NCBI GenBank assembly: GCA_965228485.1 | Contig: OZ245819.1 | Coordinates: 300,001-332,000 of the forward strand | DNA from: Candidatus Saccharimonadota bacterium | GTDB lineage: Bacteria; Patescibacteriota; Gracilibacteria; UBA4473 | Length of the DNA: 32,000 bases | Direction of reading: 5' to 3' | Shown here: positions 26,230-32,000 of the stretch, one piece after another | Position numbering within the stretch: the first letter of the stretch is position 1 | Layout of the letters: the number at the start of each line of letters is the position of its first letter | Program-made: the position numbers and the translations under genes | Notes under the pieces: model-generated | Told to the model about the DNA's origin: nothing | The model's input: only the letters and a program-made list of their open reading frames with translations | Databases searched by the model: none

Positions 26230-27357
26230 CTATTTTCCTTTAACTTTCAAAATCAACTCAATCGCATCACCTCTTGTAATGAGGTAATCCATTTCTGAGT
26301 TCGTAATATAACTCGGTGGTTCTTCTAGTTTGAGTAATTCTTGCCGATATCCTTCGTACCAAATCTCCGTCTCAGAAATATCTGTTCCCTCTATTTCTAA
26401 TACCATTTTGCTCGCCTCTGCGGCGTTAATCGTTTGAGCTGGTTTCATCGTTCCATCTGGATATCCAGACATCACGCCAAGCTCTACGGCTTTTGCTAAA
26501 AAAACTCTGTACCAAGCATTTTTCTCTAAGTCTGGGAATTTAACAATGTGAGACTCCTCAGGGTTTGCCGATTTATCAAAAGCGAGCGTCAACATCTTGG
26601 CAAACTCCGCTCGATTCACCGTGTTTTCTAATTTAATTGTTCCATCTGGATATCCAGATATCCAGCCCTCTTCTACAGCTTGGAGGACTGATTCGTAAAG
26701 GGGATGGTCTAAGGCGAGGTCGGTAAAGAGCAGCTTCTCTTTTAAAGGAATCTCTCGAGGATTTGAAAAATCAATATTGTCTGTTATCAAAATGTTTCCA
26801 AATGATTGATAAGAAACTTCATTATCAGAAATCCACTTAAAATCAGAAAAAGAATCTACACTAGGCGAAAAATCTAAACAACTATACTTTTCTAAAAAAA
26901 TTAACTCATCTTGTTTGCTAAGAGATTCTCTAATTTCTTCAATATCAAAAATACAATACCCCGTGTTGTTAACTCCATCTTTCCAAACTTTAATGGCTAG
27001 TTTTTCTCCTGAGGGAGAAATTATTCTCTCAAAAAATAAAAGATTTTCTGTTTTATAATCTTCCTTAACTAAATTCCTAAAACGATATTTTTTACCTGTA
27101 GACAAATCGAACACTCTAATTGGTAAAGCTATATCCTCACTAAAACCGTGAATAAGAAGGTTTTCTAAAATGATTGGCTTGTTTTGCTTCTCTTCCCACT
27201 CCACTCTATCTATTCCATTCTCTAAGTACAAAAAACTAAGTTTACTATCATAAAAAACTTTCCAACTATTATACTCTCCTACAACTGTAGAAGAAGCACG
27301 TACTCCATAACTAAAAAACAAAACTCCACAAAAACCGAAAATAAATAATTTCTTCAT
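26230..27357 (-). CDS. secreted protein with two C-terminal SLH (S-layer homology) domains, copy 2
   Basis: Signal peptide MKKLFIFGFCGVLFFSYGVRA. SLH motifs FTDL..HPLY...GWISGYPDGT...VNRAEFAKML and FPDL..NAWY...GVMSGYPDGT...INAAEASKMV. The C-terminal ~160 aa is about 90% identical to that of 28332..29402. Confidence 0.85.
   Translation of the reverse strand: MKKLFIFGFCGVLFFSYGVRASSTVVGEYNSWKVFYDSKLSFLYLENGIDRVEWEEKQNKPIILENLLIHGFSEDIALPIRVFDLSTGKKYRFRNLVKEDYKTENLLFFERIISPSGEKLAIKVWKDGVNNTGYCIFDIEEIRESLSKQDELIFLEKYSCLDFSPSVDSFSDFKWISDNEVSYQSFGNILITDNIDFSNPREIPLKEKLLFTDLALDHPLYESVLQAVEEGWISGYPDGTIKLENTVNRAEFAKMLTLAFDKSANPEESHIVKFPDLEKNAWYRVFLAKAVELGVMSGYPDGTMKPAQTINAAEASKMVLEIEGTDISETEIWYEGYRQELLKLEEPPSYITNSEMDYLITRGDAIELILKVKGK
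26239..26720. repeat. ~480-bp duplicated segment (SLH-anchor coding region), copy 2
   Basis: Hand alignment to 28345..28825 at an offset of about 2105 nt gives roughly 85-90% nucleotide identity by eye. Confidence 0.8.
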
Positions 27358-27740
27358 TCTAATCTAGCCTTAATAATATCTAAAAAATAATCAATATCAA
27401 ACACAGGACCAACATCATATTTCCCAGTAACATTATGATGAGCAAGAATTCCGTTAAACTTGTCTACTTCCTCATTATAAAAGATTCTATCACTATCTTT
27501 TTCTGGGTAATGATACCAACTGTATTTACTAACTTCTTCTTTAGAAAGCTTGTCATAATTATGGGGATTCTCATATTCAAAAAATTCGATTGGAATACCA
27601 TAACGTTCTTCTATATTTAACAAAAGCTTTGCTAAACTCCCTAACTGATCATCTGTATAGTTTTGCCAATACTCATGTCTAATATTATCAACACCAGAAT
27701 CTCTTGTCGGAGCAGGTGTGGCACAGCCCACCTGGTCCAC
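27354..27740 (-). pseudogene. C-terminal fragment of an amidase_2-type N-acetylmuramoyl-L-alanine amidase (5'-truncated paralog of 29404..>32000)
   Basis: YTDDQLGSLAKLLLNIEERYGIPIEFF...GILAHHNVTGKYDVGPVF aligns with YSDLQYQELDRLLVYIEESVGIPYEFF...GVVSHQNVTGKWDTGPAF. The N-terminal half of the domain, including the first Zn-ligand His (LHGTAG region), is missing. The only start is a GTG. This is the only TGA stop in the window. Confidence 0.65.
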
Positions 27741-27770
27741 AACGTTTCCAATAAATTTATATATAATATT

Positions 27771-28265
27771 TTATAAAGACTCTATTACAATTGGTGTTCT
27801 AGGATTAGCCGAAGAATGCACCCAATGTTCCGGCGACAATACATAATTTTTTCGTACTGGGTTCTCTTCAATATAATTTTTCTTTTGGATAAAAAACTTT
27901 TCACTTTCTATAAGCTGAGGCATGTTAGTTTTTTGCCAAATACTAAATCTATCATCCCTCATAAACAAATCCGCCACTCGTGGTTCGGTTTTCTTTATAT
28001 TTTTAAACAACTCTAAGGCTGTATATTTCTTAAAATCTCTCAAAAAACCTGAAACATCAGAACTCTGAACCAATAAGTGAATATGATTTAACATAAAAAC
28101 ATAAGCATAGACTCTGAGTTCTTTATGTTCTTGGCAGTGAATCAGAGAATCAGACAAAATATCCCAACGATCATATCTATCAAAAACATAGTACCAACGA
28201 TTTACTGTACAGGTTATAAAGTAAATTTCATCGTTCAGTTCTTCATTTATACGAAGTGAAGGCAT
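27771..28265 (-). CDS. HUH-Y1 transposase, IS200/IS605 TnpA or REP-associated tyrosine transposase (RAYT)-like
   Basis: 164 aa. HUH motif NHIHLLV. C-terminal SIWQK...YIEENPVRKNYV...PEHWVHSS matches the RAYT/Y1_Tnp pattern (WQ, YIxxNPV, W.wSS). Confidence 0.8.
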   Translation of the reverse strand: MPSLRINEELNDEIYFITCTVNRWYYVFDRYDRWDILSDSLIHCQEHKELRVYAYVFMLNHIHLLVQSSDVSGFLRDFKKYTALELFKNIKKTEPRVADLFMRDDRFSIWQKTNMPQLIESEKFFIQKKNYIEENPVRKNYVLSPEHWVHSSANPRTPIVIESL

Positions 28266-28287
28266 TTTTATATTAAATAAACATCAT

Positions 28288-28317
28288 GGAGCCAGTGCTC
28301 TACGAGACACTCGCTCC
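28288..28317. other. imperfect 10-bp-stem hairpin between the SLH gene stop and the transposase start
   Basis: GGAGCCAGTG-ctctacgaga-CACTCGCTCC with one C/C mismatch. It could be the terminator of 28332..29402 or a transposase-recognised subterminal/REP-like hairpin. Confidence 0.4.
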
Positions 28318-28331
28318 GACATTTTTTAGCT

Positions 28332-29402
28332 TTACTTATGACGATCCTTTACCTTTAGGATCAAATCAATCGCATCCCCTCTGGTAATGAGGTAATCCAT
28401 TTCCCCGTTTGTGATATAACTCGGTGGTTCTTCTAGTTTAAGTAGCTCCTGCCGATAGCCTTCGTACCAAACTTCCGTCTCAGAAATGTCTGTTCCCGCT
28501 ATTTCTAATACCATTTTGCTTGCCTCTGCGGCATTAATGGTTTGCGCTGGTTTCATCGTTCCGTCTGGATACCCAGACATCACACCAAGCTCTACGGCTT
28601 TTGCTAAAAAAACTCTGTACCAAGCATTTTTTTCTAGATCAGGAAACTTCGTAATCAGACCTTCATCAGGGTTTTCTGATTTTCCAAAAGCAAGCGTCAA
28701 CATCTTGGCAAACTCGGCTCGATTCACTGTATTTTCTAATTTAATTGTTCCATCTGGATATCCAGATATCCAGCCTTCCTCTACTGCTTGGAGGACTTTT
28801 TTGTAGAGAGGATGATTTAGAGAAAGATCTATGAAAGGAGAAATAATATTATTCAATTTCTCCACATTCTTTCTGGCTAGAGGATAGTTTTGAATTAGTT
28901 CATCTCTCCTTTCTAGCAATAAACCTGATCCAACCACCTTAATAACACTTAAGTCTGAACCACTTTCACTAGTTTCAAAAATTGTATAATTCTTATTTTT
29001 ATCAAATCCAGAAATAGCCTTAAAAGTAAAATCTGTACCATTAAAATCTGGATCAAAAAAAGATACTGGTGGGTAAACATAACCGAAAAATAGATCACTA
29101 ACGCACCACATTTTCTTATCAACATCCAAACACAGATCACTATTTGCCGCCTCATCACCAATTTCAAATATTTTTATATCTTCAATTTCATAAAAAGCAT
29201 TGAGCCAATATTTATCAAAATCCAGTTCAGCCCCTCCTCCATAATCCACCCAACGTCCTATCTGGATTGGGTCTGTTAAGCTGCGAGCCTGCTTCAAAAA
29301 ATCTTGATCATAAAAATATCTCGGATTACGAATTTCTATTTGAGCCTGTGCCACAGAAGTAAAAAAAACTTGTAACAGTAAAAGAGAAATTATTTTTTTC
29401 AT
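28332..29402 (-). CDS. secreted protein with two C-terminal SLH domains, copy 1
   Basis: Signal peptide MKKIISLLLLQVFFTSVAQA. It has the same two SLH domains as copy 2, but the N-terminal ~190 aa is unrelated. Confidence 0.85.
   Translation of the reverse strand: MKKIISLLLLQVFFTSVAQAQIEIRNPRYFYDQDFLKQARSLTDPIQIGRWVDYGGGAELDFDKYWLNAFYEIEDIKIFEIGDEAANSDLCLDVDKKMWCVSDLFFGYVYPPVSFFDPDFNGTDFTFKAISGFDKNKNYTIFETSESGSDLSVIKVVGSGLLLERRDELIQNYPLARKNVEKLNNIISPFIDLSLNHPLYKKVLQAVEEGWISGYPDGTIKLENTVNRAEFAKMLTLAFGKSENPDEGLITKFPDLEKNAWYRVFLAKAVELGVMSGYPDGTMKPAQTINAAEASKMVLEIAGTDISETEVWYEGYRQELLKLEEPPSYITNGEMDYLITRGDAIDLILKVKDRHK
28345..28825. repeat. ~480-bp duplicated segment (SLH-anchor coding region), copy 1
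   Basis: Partner of 26239..26720. Confidence 0.8.
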
Positions 29403-29403
29403 T

Positions 29404-32000
29404 TTATTGTGATTTATGTTTTAAATTAAAATGTTCTTGATTAAATGCTGGTCCAGTATCCCACTTACCTGTCACATTCTGGTGAGAAACCACACCTTTA
29501 AATTTATTTAAAGCTTCATAATAGTCTAACACAATTTGTCTTACCTCTTCATCTTCAGACGGAGTGCCTCTTGCCTCTTTAGGAAAATAACTAAGTTTGT
29601 TCGACTTATAATTGTCGTCATTAAAGAACTCGTAAGGAATTCCAACAGACTCCTCTATGTAAACTAACAGCCGATCTAGTTCTTGATATTGCAAATCAGA
29701 GTATGGCTCCCATCTTTTTATATTCTCAGAATCCCCTCCCCACTTCCAACTATTAGTCCAAGCTTTCCAGTTAAGTGGAAAAGACTTCTTTGCCAATGGG
29801 AATCTGTCCCTATTTTTCACACTTGGATTTGCCCCTGTATTAATAAGTTCTATGCCAAGCGTATTGATGTTATGCCACCCCTCAACCTGAGTATGATAAT
29901 TACTCCCATAACCAACATGTGATAATTGAACCCACGGAGCTCTTAATTGAACAATCTCGCCCAATTGATCTACAAAAAAATGGGCAGTAATACAGTCTTT
30001 TTTAATACTTAAACTTGTTTTTATATTATCAGCCACTGAACTTGCTGACCCTGTTCCAGCAGTTCCATGAAGAACAACATGCTGTAATTTTTTACCTTTA
30101 GGGCGAGCCCAATTACAATAGTTGGGAGCATATTTCGCAAACTCAACCCATTCTGGCCGGATCACCGTCGCGATTACCCACCCCTCAATTTCCCCAGAAC
30201 GAACTTTGTACCAACGACTCGTTTTATATTTATCAATATATTTAACTCCATCTTCAGCTTTTCCTAAAACTACTAACTCACTATTAACTTCTGGAATAGT
30301 TACTAATATTTTAGAATTCTGACTCTTGGCTTCGTAAATCTTCACCCCTTTGATACTCGTTTTAAATTTTCTCTCTTCGATTTCTTTAGGCTCAGATATT
30401 AACGGAATTTTCGCCCCTTCAACAAAGACATCATTTCTCAATACTCTAAGCCCAACATTGTTATCTTTAAGCGTCTCATAATCACCTTTAAATAGAACTT
30501 TATAAACTTTAAAGCTATCAACTAAAACTTCTGATTCAAAAGGTTCAATTACCCACTCATCTTCCTCTATTAAAATATCTGAAATTAATTTCCACCTCCA
30601 ATCAGAATACAATATATCCCATTTTCTTTTTCCAGTGTTTTTAAGTTCTACAAACCACTTGCAATGCAATTCACTACAATCTACTTCTGAAACTTTGTAA
30701 TCATAACTGTAATCTCCTGCTTCGGATTCTAAATCTATTAACCATGAAACAACTTTTTGAATAAGTACTTTCCCTTGTTTGTTTTTAATAACAAAGCTTC
30801 TTTCTGACGACTCATTGTAATCAAATAAACTTGTTTTTAAATATGGAGAAATATCTGATTTTATAGTCTCCTCCCAAATACCACTCCCTTTTGTCCATTG
30901 GTACTTGGCAATAGCACTTTTAGAAGTTATATCTTCTGAATCTGGATGAGAAAAATTAAGATTTAAATTTTCTCCCTTCTTAGGGTAATCTTCTGTTTGA
31001 TCTTCAAAGATAATAAATGAATATTCCCAAATTCTTCTTTCTCCGTCATTTTCTTTGAGGGTAAATTCTATTTGGTTTTCGCAGCTATCAACGGCCTCTA
31101 TTTCTACCACTTCACTCAAATCTGAGGATTTATTGTTTGAGCCAACTGATATCCCCCCTAAATGAGTATAGGCTTCATTGAGTGAGCCTACTTTGTAAGA
31201 AACAAACCCATTTCCTTGATCTTGATAGTTATCAAGCGTAAGTGAGGTTTTTTGAGATGAAATATCTTCTCGAGATTGGCCAACGTAAACTTTTACTTGC
31301 TCTGCTTTATAGGGTTTATAAAAATTTAGATAAAGACTTTCTTCACACTGTAGGGCTCGAATTTGAGAAATTTTTTCTGGAGGTTTACTTCCACCACCAG
31401 ATACAACGGCTTCACTGAGTGTTTCTGGCATAATTTCTGACCCTAATACTCCCATTACGGCATGATCGTTTTCTGCTTCAATCCAGTAGGAAAAATCTCC
31501 ATCAGGAAAGGTCGTTCGATCAATCGTAATATTGAATTCATCAGGATTTATTGTTGGAACAAGGTTTGTCTGGCAGGTTCCAGTATTACAGGTATAGAAA
31601 ATCTCTGCCCGATTCAACTCTTGAGTACTAACAATAGTAACCGTTATTGTCGGGTCACCGCCATTTGCCCAATCGGTTGAATCTGTTACCAACGTAATAA
31701 CGGGCGCATCTAATTCGTGACCTGTTGGTGAATTTATAAATTGAACCGTACTAAAACTGGAATAAGAATCATCAACAAACTTTGTCCGATATCTCCAATA
31801 CCAATCCTGGCTCACCTTACTGTCAATATTATAAAAGTTATCCGTCAGAACAATCGCCGGATCCCAGGAGTTATACAGTGAAGCAAATTCTAATTCATAC
31901 TCAACCGCTCCTGGATCATCTACCCAGCGAACAAATGTATCATTAGGCGTATAAGTAGGACCTGTATTTAGAAAATCTTTAAGAACATTAATATTCGCGC
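29404..32000 (-). CDS. large multidomain cell-wall hydrolase: Ig/FN3-like repeats, SH3b, and a C-terminal amidase_2 (N-acetylmuramoyl-L-alanine amidase); N-terminus off the right edge
   Basis: I translated 31816..31998 by hand and the frame stays open to the window end, so the track's GTG at 31815 is not the true start. SH3b-like segment GVKYIDKYKTSRWYKVRSGEIEGWV at about 30150-30360. Amidase motifs VVLHGTAGTG, AHFFVDQLGEIVQL, NINTLGIELIN and SHQNVTGKWDTGP. Confidence 0.85.
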   Translation of the reverse strand, partial: ANINVLKDFLNTGPTYTPNDTFVRWVDDPGAVEYELEFASLYNSWDPAIVLTDNFYNIDSKVSQDWYWRYRTKFVDDSYSSFSTVQFINSPTGHELDAPVITLVTDSTDWANGGDPTITVTIVSTQELNRAEIFYTCNTGTCQTNLVPTINPDEFNITIDRTTFPDGDFSYWIEAENDHAVMGVLGSEIMPETLSEAVVSGGGSKPPEKISQIRALQCEESLYLNFYKPYKAEQVKVYVGQSREDISSQKTSLTLDNYQDQGNGFVSYKVGSLNEAYTHLGGISVGSNNKSSDLSEVVEIEAVDSCENQIEFTLKENDGERRIWEYSFIIFEDQTEDYPKKGENLNLNFSHPDSEDITSKSAIAKYQWTKGSGIWEETIKSDISPYLKTSLFDYNESSERSFVIKNKQGKVLIQKVVSWLIDLESEAGDYSYDYKVSEVDCSELHCKWFVELKNTGKRKWDILYSDWRWKLISDILIEEDEWVIEPFESEVLVDSFKVYKVLFKGDYETLKDNNVGLRVLRNDVFVEGAKIPLISEPKEIEERKFKTSIKGVKIYEAKSQNSKILVTIPEVNSELVVLGKAEDGVKYIDKYKTSRWYKVRSGEIEGWVIATVIRPEWVEFAKYAPNYCNWARPKGKKLQHVVLHGTAGTGSASSVADNIKTSLSIKKDCITAHFFVDQLGEIVQLRAPWVQLSHVGYGSNYHTQVEGWHNINTLGIELINTGANPSVKNRDRFPLAKKSFPLNWKAWTNSWKWGGDSENIKRWEPYSDLQYQELDRLLVYIEESVGIPYEFFNDDNYKSNKLSYFPKEARGTPSEDEEVRQIVLDYYEALNKFKGVVSHQNVTGKWDTGPAFNQEHFNLKHKSQ

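Larger units (their letters stand above)
27741..28331 (-). mobile_element. putative single-gene IS200-like/RAYT unit (boundaries undefined)
   Basis: A transposase gene plus the flanking hairpin at 28288..28317. It sits exactly at the breakpoint of the duplicated amidase-SLH cassette. No terminal repeats could be defined by eye. Confidence 0.4.

Noticed and set aside
27741-27773. Transposase-amidase fusion by read-through of the single in-frame TAA.
   Set aside because: A shared frame has a 1-in-3 chance of occurring by coincidence. There is no slippery or read-through context that I recognise, and the downstream fragment lacks half of the catalytic domain.
1-32000. Alternative genetic code with UGA read as Gly or Trp, as in some reduced-genome lineages.
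   Set aside because: All recognisable housekeeping ORFs are full-length under the standard table with no in-frame TGA, and Trp is encoded by TGG throughout. Only the scarcity of TGA stops remains, and that is reported as a finding.

Overview
This is a low-GC bacterial chromosomal segment with about 27 protein-coding genes and one tRNA. No rRNA or CRISPR array is present.

The core (6.5-25.3 kb) consists of single, scattered housekeeping genes: csp, gatB, pgk, ppaC, nadK, yggS-like, fmt and a ybaK-like deacylase. They are interleaved with hypothetical membrane and secreted proteins. Isolated housekeeping genes plus giant repeat proteins would fit a reduced-genome uncultivated lineage such as CPR/Patescibacteria, but this window cannot establish that.

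Four regions look accessory or unexplained:
1. 2-5781: two paralogous Cys/His-rich proteins sit directly upstream of a 1425-aa protein that has five ~73-aa tandem domain repeats and a ~260-aa D/E-rich tract.
2. 5956-6404: tRNA-Ser(UGA) is followed by extra copies of its own 3' end and a pair of 20-nt direct repeats, which looks like a recombination-site scar.
3. 8684-13644: a small coiled-coil gene precedes a 1547-aa Ala-rich protein with nested tandem repeats (35-, 56- and 28-aa periods) and C-terminal peptidoglycan-binding-like motifs.
4. 26.2-32 kb: an AT-richer block holds a duplicated two-gene cassette, a cell-wall amidase followed by an SLH-anchored protein. The second amidase copy is reduced to a C-terminal fragment that abuts an IS200/RAYT-type HUH-Y1 transposase gene.

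A translationally coupled three-gene membrane module also stands out: a small TM protein, a DUF2339-like polytopic protein, and a secreted TSP-type-3-repeat protein. In addition, TGA terminates only 1 of the 27 CDS ends I read.

All functional calls rest on motif recognition in the supplied translations. No database search was possible.
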